A stretch of 64,000 bases of DNA, from positions 96,001 to 160,000 of the forward strand of contig JBBRLQ010000011.1 in NCBI GenBank assembly GCA_038231275.1, given 5' to 3'. Numbering within the stretch: the stretch's first letter is position 1; each line of letters starts with the position of its first letter. Below, piece after piece: positions 56,082-64,000 of the stretch. The position numbers were made by a program, and so were the translations under genes. Origin of the DNA: Polyangiales bacterium. Lineage in GTDB: Bacteria > Myxococcota_A > Polyangia > Polyangiales > Polyangiaceae. Below the pieces are notes generated by a model. It was not told where the DNA came from. It saw nothing but the letters and a program-made list of their open reading frames with translations, and ran no database searches.

Positions 56082-56609
56082 TCAGCGAGCGCGGTGGGTC
56101 ACGTCGAGCAGCCCGTCGAAGGTGTCACGCATCGCCCACGCCTGATCGCTCGGCGAGCCGAGCTTCGACGCGCCGCTCTGGCCAGCGGCGAGCGCGCTCT
56201 TGGGACCTGCGCACGTGCTCGAGAGCTTCCTCCCCAGGTCCGACGCGGCGCCGTCGTACATGTGGTAGCAGCCCGCGAAGTCGCCGGTATTGTAGAGCGG
56301 CGCACCGACGTCGATCGCCCGGCCGATGTCGCCTTCGATGAGGCTCACATCGTCCGCGGAGCAGCCGGCGAGCACCGCGGTCGAGTGCTTCGGGACGTGT
56401 CGCTCGACCGGGGGAAGCGCCGCGCCGCGTGTCGGTCCTCCGTGAGTCGCGCGACGGACGCCGAAGAAAATTCCCACCACGAAGGCGACGGCGATCACCA
56501 GGAACGCGACGAGGCCCACGGCCATCAGTACCTTGAGCGCGGCGGGCATCCCCTGCTTCGGCGCGCCCTGCTGCGGAGGCGGGGAATTCGAAGAGCTCAC
56601 GTTTTCCAC
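56082..56609 (-). CDS. Membrane-anchored hypothetical protein
   Basis: One TM, then AI..GAPLYN.GD..GCY..Y...AW..R..FD domain. Confidence 0.75.
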   Translation of the reverse strand: MENVSSSNSPPPQQGAPKQGMPAALKVLMAVGLVAFLVIAVAFVVGIFFGVRRATHGGPTRGAALPPVERHVPKHSTAVLAGCSADDVSLIEGDIGRAIDVGAPLYNTGDFAGCYHMYDGAASDLGRKLSSTCAGPKSALAAGQSGASKLGSPSDQAWAMRDTFDGLLDVTHRAR

Positions 56610-56646
56610 CTCTCACGAAAGGACCCGCGCGTCTACGCTCGACCTC

Positions 56647-57351
56647 ATGACCGCGCCGCCGCTAGCGCCCACCGCCTACGAGCCCGTTCCTCTCGTGTTC
56701 GAACGCCTCACCCGCGCCCAGCAGCTCCAACGCTCGCGCGCGTTTCTCGATACGATGACGGCACGCCGTAGCTGCCGGTTCTTCCGCGACGAGGCCGTCG
56801 ACGAGGAGCTCATCGTCAACGCCATTCGCGCCGCCGGCAGCGCGCCGAGCGGCGCGAACCAACAGCCGTGGACCTTCGTCGTCGTAAGGGATGCCGAGAC
56901 CAAGGCGCACATCCGAGCCGCCGCCGAAGAGGAAGAGCGGGCCTTCTACGAGAGCGGTCCGGCGGAGTGGCGGAGGGCCCTCGCGCCGCTCGGCACCGAC
57001 GCCGTCAAATCGCACATCACCGACGCGCCATACGTCATCGTCGTCTTCGCGCAGACGTTCGGCCTCTTTCTCGACGCCGAGACCGGCGCGCACGTGAAGC
57101 AGAAGCATTACTACGTTCGCGAGTCGGTCGGCATCGCGTGCGGCCTCTTGATCGCGAGCCTCACGCACGCCGGCCTCGCGACCTTGCCGCACACGCCGAG
57201 CCCGATGGGTTTCCTCGCGTCCCTCCTAGGGCGCCCTGACAGCGAACGCGCCGAGCTGCTCTTGCCGGTCGGCCTTCCCGCGGAGGGCGCCACGGTGCCC
57301 AAGCATGCCCTCGCGAAGAAGAGCCTGGAGGAGATCCTCGTCTGGCGCTGA
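56647..57351 (+). CDS. Nitroreductase family, iodotyrosine deiodinase-like
   Basis: RRSCRFF, APSGANQQPW, IRAAAEEEERAFY, LGTD..K.H, YYVRESVGIA, HTPSPM. Confidence 0.88.
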   Translation: MTAPPLAPTAYEPVPLVFERLTRAQQLQRSRAFLDTMTARRSCRFFRDEAVDEELIVNAIRAAGSAPSGANQQPWTFVVVRDAETKAHIRAAAEEEERAFYESGPAEWRRALAPLGTDAVKSHITDAPYVIVVFAQTFGLFLDAETGAHVKQKHYYVRESVGIACGLLIASLTHAGLATLPHTPSPMGFLASLLGRPDSERAELLLPVGLPAEGATVPKHALAKKSLEEILVWR

Positions 57352-57360
57352 GTTGTTCGC

Positions 57361-58278
57361 CTAGAGGACGATCGTCCTCCGCCCTTCCACCAGCACGCGC
57401 CGCTCCAAATGCGCCCGTACTGCGCGCGCGAGGACGACGCGCTCGACGTCGCGGCCCACGCGCGTGAGCTCGTCGGGGCACATCGCGTGTGTCACGCGCG
57501 CCACGTCTTGCTCGATGATCGGGCCCTGATCGAGATCGCGCGTCGCGTAGTGCGCGGTCGCGCCGATGAGCTTCACGCCGCGATCGTGCGCCTGGTGGTA
57601 CGGCTTCGCCCCCTGGAACGCCGGCAAGAAGCCGTGGTGGATGTTGATGACCGGCGGCGCCTCGCGCAAGAACTCCTCACTGAGGATTTGCATGTATCGT
57701 GCAAGTACCACGAGGTCGACGTGGTGACGGCGTAAGAGCTCCACGACCTTGGTCTCCTGCTCGCGCTTCGTGGCGGCGGTGACGGGGAGCGCGAAGAAGG
57801 GAATGCGGAAGCTCTCCGCGACCGGCTCGAGCGTCGGGTGGTTGCTGACGATGAGCGGGATCTCGCAGCCCAGCTCGCCCTGGCGCTGGCGGAGGATCAG
57901 ATCGTAGAGGCACGCCGGATCTTTGGTGACGAGGAGCGCGACGCGCGGGACGACGTCGCTGTAGCCGACGGACCACGTGCCCGTGAGCTTCTTCACCACT
58001 CGCTCGGAGAAGGCGGCCTCCATCGTGCGGCGCGTCGCCGAGCCACCGAGTGCCGCGTCCGCGCGCGGCGAGCCGAGGCCGCCGAGATCGACGACGAGGC
58101 GCATGAAGAAGCGTGGGGCCGTGACGCCGTCGCTGCCGTGGGCGAGCGGATCGGTGTGGTTGCTCGCGTCGACGATGTTCAGGCCGAGCTCGAAGAAGAA
58201 CCCCGCGACCTGCGCGACGAGGCCTGGTTGATCGAGCGACGAGAAGAGGAACGTGGCGCGCGGCGCGTCGGTGGCCAT
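57361..58278 (-). CDS. purU: Formyltetrahydrofolate deformylase
   Basis: ACT domain D.PGLVA; LARYMQILS, INIHH.FLP.F.GAKPYHQA, GATAHY, DQGPIIEQ. Confidence 0.95.
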   Translation of the reverse strand: MATDAPRATFLFSSLDQPGLVAQVAGFFFELGLNIVDASNHTDPLAHGSDGVTAPRFFMRLVVDLGGLGSPRADAALGGSATRRTMEAAFSERVVKKLTGTWSVGYSDVVPRVALLVTKDPACLYDLILRQRQGELGCEIPLIVSNHPTLEPVAESFRIPFFALPVTAATKREQETKVVELLRRHHVDLVVLARYMQILSEEFLREAPPVINIHHGFLPAFQGAKPYHQAHDRGVKLIGATAHYATRDLDQGPIIEQDVARVTHAMCPDELTRVGRDVERVVLARAVRAHLERRVLVEGRRTIVL

Positions 58279-58313
58279 CGCGCCAGACTACCAGCGCGTA
58301 GTGCGAAGGACGC

Positions 58314-59789
58314 TCAGTCTTGCCGGTAGTCCTCGAGGTTGATGCCGTATTTCTTCAGCCAGCGGTGCACCTGCATGCGCTCTTTCCCTAGCTCGCGTCC
58401 GACCGCGGCGACGTTGCCGCGGTGGCGCGCGAGCATCTCGCGCAGCTCGGGCTCGGTCGGCGCGGCGCGGCGCGGCGCCATCGGCGGGGCGAAGACATTG
58501 ACGGGCTCGGGCGGCAGGACGCTCGGACCGGAGACGCGGTTTCGCTGGCCGTACGTCTTCATGTGCTCGGCGATCGCGTCGGGCAGCTGCTGCGTGTCGA
58601 GCGGCGCGTTCTCTGTCAGGGCGACGCCGCGCTTGATGCAGCTCTCGAGCTCGCGCACGTTGTACGGCCAGTCGTAGTGCAAGAGCGCGACGAGGAACGA
58701 GAAGGTGAAGCCGAGCTGCGGGCTCCCGTACCGCGCCGAGAACGCACGAGCGAGCTGGTAGATGTCCTCTTTGCGCTCGCGGAGGGGAGGCAGGCGCACG
58801 ACGTGCTCGTTGAGGCGCGCGAAGAGATCGCCGCGGAATTTGCTCTCCTTCACGTACTGGTGGAGGTCGCGGTGGGTCGCGCAGATGACGCGGATGTCGA
58901 CGCGCTCCGGCGTCGTCGCGCCGAGCGGGAAGACCTCGCGCGCCTGGAGCACGCGCAGGAGCTTGGCCTGCGCCTCGAGCGGCATGTCGCCGATCTCGTC
59001 GAGGAAGAGCGTGCCGCCGTCGGCGAGCTTGATGAGGCCGGGCTTGTCGCGGTCGGCACCGCTGAACGCGCCGCGCCGGAACCCGAAGAGCTCGCTCTCG
59101 AGGAGGTTCGGCGGGATGGCCGCGCAGTTGATCGCTTGGAACGATCCGCGCCGAGCCGATACGCGATGCAGCCCCTTCGCAGCGACCTCTTTGCCGGTGC
59201 CGGTCTCGCCGAGGATGACGCACGACAGCTCCGTCGGCGCGATGCGCTCGAGATCGGCGGCGATCGAGTCCATCTGCGCGCCGCCCACCAGCTCGGCGAG
59301 GGCGCGGGCCCTTCGCGCGTCGGCGACGAAGCCGTCGATGCGGTACGGCACGAAGCGCTCGGCGCCGGTCTCGATGAACTTGAAGATGGCGTCGCCGATC
59401 CGGATCTCGTGCCCGTGGACGAGATCGATCTCCGTCACGAACTGCCCGTCGACCATCGTGCCGTTGCGGCTCCCGAGATCGGTGAGCACCCAGCGCCCGG
59501 ACGTGTACGCGATTCGCGCGTGCTGGCGGCTCACCGCCTGCTCGGGGACGCACACGGGGTTGGTCGGCTCGCGACCGATGATCAGCTCCGGCGCCGCGAA
59601 GACGTAGGTGGTCTGGAAGTTCTCGAAATTCGGGGCATACAAGAGGACGAGGCCGGGCTTCGACGGGGCCTGGGGGCTGCCCATCGAGGCTTCACGGGGC
59701 TTGTCCTCGGCCCCTGTGTACGAGGAGGAGACCCCCGTCCGGTGCTTCGTCATCGCGTACAGCGAGCTTACAGCATTCTGCACGGGCAT
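58314..59789 (-). CDS. FHA-domain sigma54-dependent enhancer-binding protein (alternative start 59753)
   Basis: FHA: IGR, VSRQHA, DLGSRNGT; AAA: GETGTGKE, ESELFG, GAFSGA, FLDEIGD, WPYNVREL; C-terminal HTH. Confidence 0.95.
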   Translation of the reverse strand: MPVQNAVSSLYAMTKHRTGVSSSYTGAEDKPREASMGSPQAPSKPGLVLLYAPNFENFQTTYVFAAPELIIGREPTNPVCVPEQAVSRQHARIAYTSGRWVLTDLGSRNGTMVDGQFVTEIDLVHGHEIRIGDAIFKFIETGAERFVPYRIDGFVADARRARALAELVGGAQMDSIAADLERIAPTELSCVILGETGTGKEVAAKGLHRVSARRGSFQAINCAAIPPNLLESELFGFRRGAFSGADRDKPGLIKLADGGTLFLDEIGDMPLEAQAKLLRVLQAREVFPLGATTPERVDIRVICATHRDLHQYVKESKFRGDLFARLNEHVVRLPPLRERKEDIYQLARAFSARYGSPQLGFTFSFLVALLHYDWPYNVRELESCIKRGVALTENAPLDTQQLPDAIAEHMKTYGQRNRVSGPSVLPPEPVNVFAPPMAPRRAAPTEPELREMLARHRGNVAAVGRELGKERMQVHRWLKKYGINLEDYRQD

Positions 59790-59793
59790 GGGA

Positions 59794-60417
59794 TCAGCGA
59801 TAGCGGGAGACGTCGACGCCGACGCGCGCGCAGATGGCTTCGAGAGTGCGATCGGTCGCGGCGCGGAGATCGTCGAGCGATCCGGTGTTGTCGATGACGA
59901 AGTCGGCGAGCATCACCTTCGCGTCGAGCGGCATCTGCGCGCGGATGCGTGCGCGCGCTTCGTCCTCGGTCGCCGCGTCGCGCGCCGCGGTCCGCGCGAT
60001 TTGGACGGCCTCGGGTGCGCTCACGACGACGAGCGGTCGGAACGCGTCTGCGACACCGTTCTCGACGAGCAGCGCGGCCTCGTAGCACCCGAGCGGCTCG
60101 CCTTTCTGACGAAGCTCCTCGGCGCGCGTGAGCGTCAGGGCGGTGATGCGGGGGTGAAGGATCGCGTTCAGGCGCTTTCGTTGCGCGTCGTCGCCGAAGA
60201 CGCGCGCGGCGACGGCCTTGCGATCGAGCGTGCCGTCGGGGAGCACGACGTCGGAGCCGAACGCGCGGGCGACCTCCGCGAGCCCTTCCGTGCCGGGCGC
60301 CACGACTTCGCGCGCGAGCTGATCCGCGTCGATGACGGGGACTCCGCGCTCGCGGAGGCGGGCGGCGACGGCGCTCTTGCCGGATGCGATGCCGCCGGTG
60401 AGGCCGAAGAGGTGCAC
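59794..60417 (-). CDS. coaE: Dephospho-CoA kinase
   Basis: GLTGGIASGKS, IDAD, LDR, ILHP, AQMP, IDN.G. Confidence 0.95.
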   Translation of the reverse strand: MHLFGLTGGIASGKSAVAARLRERGVPVIDADQLAREVVAPGTEGLAEVARAFGSDVVLPDGTLDRKAVAARVFGDDAQRKRLNAILHPRITALTLTRAEELRQKGEPLGCYEAALLVENGVADAFRPLVVVSAPEAVQIARTAARDAATEDEARARIRAQMPLDAKVMLADFVIDNTGSLDDLRAATDRTLEAICARVGVDVSRYR

Positions 60418-60489
60418 GGGGGGAGCATACACCGGGGTCGGGCATGGGCACGGCACGGGAGATGCTCTGGGAGGGGTGGAGGTTCGGTC

Positions 60490-61011
60490 ATGAGCGAGAG
60501 GCACACCATCCGTTGCTACGAGTACGTCACCCATCCGTACGAGGAGGTTCGTGACGCGCTCCGCCGCGATCCGGCGGCCTTCTTCCAGCGCGCGACGACC
60601 GAGGCCGCGAGCCGGGCGAAGGGGCTCGTGTTGAGCTTGCGCGTGCGTGTCGGCAGCGTCGACATCGGGTCCGACGCCGTGGTCGTGGTGAGATCGGTCG
60701 TGGAGGAGCTCTCCGCACCGGGAATTCACGGGCCGCGCACGAGTTTGGCGATCGCATGGCAAGCCGCGCAGAACCCCTCTCTCTTCCCGGCGATGGAAGC
60801 CGAGCTGTCGGTGTACGCGCTCGGGAAGGACGAGACGCAGATCGATTTTTGCGGGACCTACACCCCGCCGCTTGGGCTCCTCGGCGACGCCGTGGACGTC
60901 GTCGTCGGCCATCGCATCGCCGAGGCCTCCGTGCACCGCTTCGTCGAGGACGTCGCCGCGAACGTTCGCCAGGAGCTGGCCGCGAGGCGCAAAGGCCGCG
61001 CGTCGGCGTAA
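60490..61011 (+). CDS. Hypothetical protein, START/SRPBCC-like
   Basis: GGAGG SD; LFP.M.AEL, G.Y.PPLG..G...D......IAEAS motif. Confidence 0.75.
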   Translation: MSERHTIRCYEYVTHPYEEVRDALRRDPAAFFQRATTEAASRAKGLVLSLRVRVGSVDIGSDAVVVVRSVVEELSAPGIHGPRTSLAIAWQAAQNPSLFPAMEAELSVYALGKDETQIDFCGTYTPPLGLLGDAVDVVVGHRIAEASVHRFVEDVAANVRQELAARRKGRASA

Positions 61012-61024
61012 GGCTTGCGCCTGC

Positions 61025-63007
61025 TCAGTGCTTGCACCACGCCGCGGGCGTCGCAGGTAGGCCACCGCTGACGCCGCCTTGCAGCGCGGCGTGGTCGATG
61101 AACTGATGGTTCACGTAGTTGTACTGGTACGGCGCCGGCGTAGTGTTCGCGGTGGAGTCAACGCACACCGAGCCGTCGCGCGCGGGATCGACGTGGTGCG
61201 GGGACACCGCCGCGACGTCGCACGACGTGATCTGGCCGGCCGTCACGTGCGTTCGCACCGTCGCGACCGTCCACCAGTCGCCGCTCGCCTCGTTGCCGGG
61301 CGTCGACAGCACCGGGAACGACTGCCCGGTCACCGGGTTGTACCCCGACGAGAGCACGCGCTCGCCGTTGCAGTAGATGTTGACGTGGCTCTTCGCGGCC
61401 GACGTGCCTGAGTTGTTGCCGTAGTGATTCACGCCCACGACGAAGGCGTCGCCGTCCTTGGGGTTGTCGAGGTTGATGTTCTCGGGCCCGCAGAACGCGC
61501 CGCTCGCCGGATCGTCGATGCCGCGATCGCAGGTGACGTTGTCCCGGTCGAGGCGCGGGTTGGTGCAGCCCTGCGTTCCCGCCGCGCGCCGCGAGGACCA
61601 GCCCAGGCACGCCGTGCTCGCAGAGTCCGTGTAGCCCCAGCCGGGCGGGTTCCCGCTTCCGTCACGGCAGCCGGATGCGCCGGAGTACCAGCAGTCCTGG
61701 TACGTGTTGCCGGCCGAGCAGATCGTGTCCCAGCCTTGCTTCGCGCAGCTCACGCCTTGCAGACGCGCGAAGTGGAGATCGATGTCGTTGCCCTGCGAGC
61801 CGTTGTCACCGCCGACGGTGTCCCAGCAAAGCTCGGCGCGTACGCCGGGCGCGCGGACCTGGACCTTTTGTGTGCAGACGTAGTGCTGCCCGCCCATGTC
61901 CCACTCGCCTTGGACGAGGTAGTCGCCGCTGAGGCCGAACGCCGGGTAGATCTGGCCGCCGGGGATGCCGTTGCCGTACGCCACGGCCTGGATCGACATG
62001 AGCGGCTGACCGGCGGTCGCGACGTAGCGCGGCGGGTTCTGGAGGTTGTCGAGGCTCACCGCCGTCCGCGTGCCCTTGCGCGCGCCTACGGTGGTCGAGT
62101 CTTTGTTGTTGTAGAGTGCATACGTCGGATGCGGCAGGACGTTGTCGCAGTCGCCGCCGATGACGGTCCACGTCCAGTTCGTCGTGGTCGTGCGCGACGC
62201 GGGGTTGGTGATCCACTGCGTGCCGTCGAGGAGCGCGAGGTTCTGCGGGTTCGGGTACGGTTGGTACGTCACCGCCGCCGTCGGGCACTGGACCTGGCCG
62301 ATCTTGCACTGGCAGTCCTGGACGTCGCTGTTCTCCTGCAGGCCGTCGCAGTTGAAGTCGCCGGTCGCGCACACGTCGTGTCGGTACGGAGGCTGCGCGC
62401 CGCGGCAGGTGCCGCTCCACTTGGGGAACTCGTTGCCCGCGCAGTCGAGCGAGCCCTTGGCGTTCGTCGCGCACCAGCCCACGGCCGCCTTGGTCGCCGG
62501 ATCGATCTGCGACGCCGGGACGAGATAACAGTCCCTCGTCGTGCCGGAGCCGGGGCACGTGCATCCCTCGTCGACGAGGCCGTCGCAGTCGTCGTCGTAG
62601 CCGTTGCCGCTCGTGCCGTTCAAGAGCGCCGCCGAGACGCCGAGCCCCTGCAGCGAGGTGTCGGTGACGCCGTCGCATTCGTTGGCGGTCGGTCCCGTGC
62701 ATTTCTGCGGGTAGGGCGGGGGGCCGGCCTCGCCCGCGACGCAGCCGTCGGTCGAGACGTCGGGGCTCGCGTCGCTGAAGAGCGAGCCGTCGCCGGGGCC
62801 GGGGCCCGTGCCGCTGTCGAAGTCGCCGAGTGTTGCGTCGGGCTGATCGCCGGGTCCCATCGCATCGTTGGCGGTCGCGTCGCCGCCGGCGTTGCCGCTA
62901 TCCGCGTCGGTGAACCCGTCTTTCGTGGCCCCCGAGCAGGCGATGAGGAACGAGATCGCCGCGAACAACGCAGCGGCGAGGCAAGCGAGGCGAACTGCGC
63001 GAATCAT
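61025..63007 (-). CDS. Large Cys-rich lipoprotein with putative metal-binding DxDCDG motifs and a DUF2135/YfaP-like C-terminal domain
   Basis: Lipobox LIAC; DDDCDGLVDEG, DFNCDG; L.W...DIDLH...PRLDRD...GPENI. Confidence 0.8.
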   Translation of the reverse strand: MIRAVRLACLAAALFAAISFLIACSGATKDGFTDADSGNAGGDATANDAMGPGDQPDATLGDFDSGTGPGPGDGSLFSDASPDVSTDGCVAGEAGPPPYPQKCTGPTANECDGVTDTSLQGLGVSAALLNGTSGNGYDDDCDGLVDEGCTCPGSGTTRDCYLVPASQIDPATKAAVGWCATNAKGSLDCAGNEFPKWSGTCRGAQPPYRHDVCATGDFNCDGLQENSDVQDCQCKIGQVQCPTAAVTYQPYPNPQNLALLDGTQWITNPASRTTTTNWTWTVIGGDCDNVLPHPTYALYNNKDSTTVGARKGTRTAVSLDNLQNPPRYVATAGQPLMSIQAVAYGNGIPGGQIYPAFGLSGDYLVQGEWDMGGQHYVCTQKVQVRAPGVRAELCWDTVGGDNGSQGNDIDLHFARLQGVSCAKQGWDTICSAGNTYQDCWYSGASGCRDGSGNPPGWGYTDSASTACLGWSSRRAAGTQGCTNPRLDRDNVTCDRGIDDPASGAFCGPENINLDNPKDGDAFVVGVNHYGNNSGTSAAKSHVNIYCNGERVLSSGYNPVTGQSFPVLSTPGNEASGDWWTVATVRTHVTAGQITSCDVAAVSPHHVDPARDGSVCVDSTANTTPAPYQYNYVNHQFIDHAALQGGVSGGLPATPAAWCKH

Positions 63008-63044
63008 GAGACCCCCAACCGACAAAGGAGGAAGGATTAAGCGC

Positions 63045-63068
63045 CGAGGGCCCCTTGCGGAGCCCTCG
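63045..63068. terminator. Intergenic hairpin
   Basis: CGAGGGC-N10-GCCCTCG between two co-oriented genes; weak U tract. Confidence 0.35.
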
Positions 63069-63094
63069 AACGCGACGAGAAACAGATCCGATGC

Positions 63095-64000
63095 TTACTC
63101 GGCCGCTGAGTCCTTCGGCGGTGCCGTGTCGGCGCTCGCGTCGTCCGGCGGAACGCCGCCGTCCGCGCACTTGTCGGGCGCCGGGGTGCCGAGGTCGGCC
63201 ACCGTCGACGGGGCCGCGATCTCCTTCGCGGTGAAGCCGATGCCGATCGAGATCGCGGTGCAGTCGGCGCCCGCGGCGTTGGTGCCGTCGCTCATGATGT
63301 CCGACGCCTGCTGGATCTGCTGCGCGATGCTATCGAACGCGCTGCCGGAGCAGAGCGAGTCGGAGATACGGCCGGCGACCGAGCGGAGGCCGTCGATCAG
63401 CTCCTTGGTGTTGATGACGCCGGCGATCGTGCCGTTGAGCGCGTCGGTGCCGCTGTGATCGAAGGCGATCGTCGAGCGGTGGACGGTGATGTCGAGCGCG
63501 ACGCCGCCGAACGCGAGGCTCAGCTTGACGTCGCTGCCGACGCCGTTGACCCAGGTGCCGCCGACGACGAACGCGTCGCCGAACTTCACCTTGGAGCCGC
63601 CCGCGACCGTCTTGCCGTCGGCGAGGAGCTCGGGGCGGACCGGCCAGTTGTCGGCCTTGGTGAAGGTCGGGTTGTCGAGCTTGCCGCCCGCGAAGAGCTG
63701 GCCGGTTAGGCCGGTGTTGGTCTGCTTCGCTTCGTCCGACAGACCGACGGTGTCGATCAGGATCGTGAAGCCGCCCTTGACGATCGAGTCGGTCAGCTGC
63801 TTCGAGATGTCGTGGCTGAACGTCTGGATGATCGGGACGATGATGCTGCCGAACGCGTTGTCGATGCCGTTGTCGCCGTCGATCTGGGTGTTCTTGCTGG
63901 CGCCCGCGGCGCCCTTGCACACGTCGGCGGAGGTCTTGTCGCTGACCTTGCCGTCGATGTTGTAGCCGAACTTCTTCCACGCGGTGGTGCTCGGGTTGCC
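63095..64000 (-). CDS. Exported hypothetical protein (5' end outside window)
   Basis: Frame open to the window edge (AWKKFGYNIDG...DG..GIDN.FG...C.AISIGIGF); strong codon bias. Confidence 0.8.
   Translation of the reverse strand, partial: GNPSTTAWKKFGYNIDGKVSDKTSADVCKGAAGASKNTQIDGDNGIDNAFGSIIVPIIQTFSHDISKQLTDSIVKGGFTILIDTVGLSDEAKQTNTGLTGQLFAGGKLDNPTFTKADNWPVRPELLADGKTVAGGSKVKFGDAFVVGGTWVNGVGSDVKLSLAFGGVALDITVHRSTIAFDHSGTDALNGTIAGVINTKELIDGLRSVAGRISDSLCSGSAFDSIAQQIQQASDIMSDGTNAAGADCTAISIGIGFTAKEIAAPSTVADLGTPAPDKCADGGVPPDDASADTAPPKDSAAE

Noticed and set aside
59050..59080. GAFSGA instead of GAFTGA in the enhancer-binding protein
   Set aside because: Conservative natural variant; all other AAA motifs are intact.
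1..64000. CRISPR arrays, tRNA/rRNA, IS elements, prophage
   Set aside because: No regularly spaced repeats, RNA gene signatures, or transposase/integrase/phage motifs seen by eye.

Overview
A 64 kb, very GC-rich, gene-dense chromosomal segment. Gene content (Glt-like motility proteins, MYXO-CTERM-type tail, FHA-sigma54 activator, many Cys-rich lipoproteins) points to a myxobacterium, probably Polyangiales; this is an inference. From left to right it holds: (1) the tail of a Glt-like gliding cluster with two small GltF-like paralogues, a degenerate TolQ/ExbB-like protein and a GltG-like protein; (2) a beta-barrel plus duplicated short OPX polysaccharide export locus; (3) housekeeping genes (asparaginase, cysK, mazG, rlmN, lgt, RluA family, pabB-like, purU, coaE); (4) a PerR-rubrerythrin-FeS oxidoreductase-DUF3501 operon; (5) a fatty acyl-AMP ligase; (6) a Cyc2-like monoheme cytochrome-porin gene paired with a surface-sorted monoheme protein; (7) a GH46 chitosanase; (8) an ACP plus two KS/CLF-like fusion genes; (9) a MerR plus VIT-vWA pair. 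I saw no rRNA, tRNA, CRISPR array, transposase or integrase. Non-coding signals include a triple-hairpin repeat present twice, a hexamer tandem repeat abutting a start codon, and frequent -10 boxes 6-8 nt upstream of start codons, suggesting leaderless mRNAs. All calls come from motif recognition by eye; no database searches were run.
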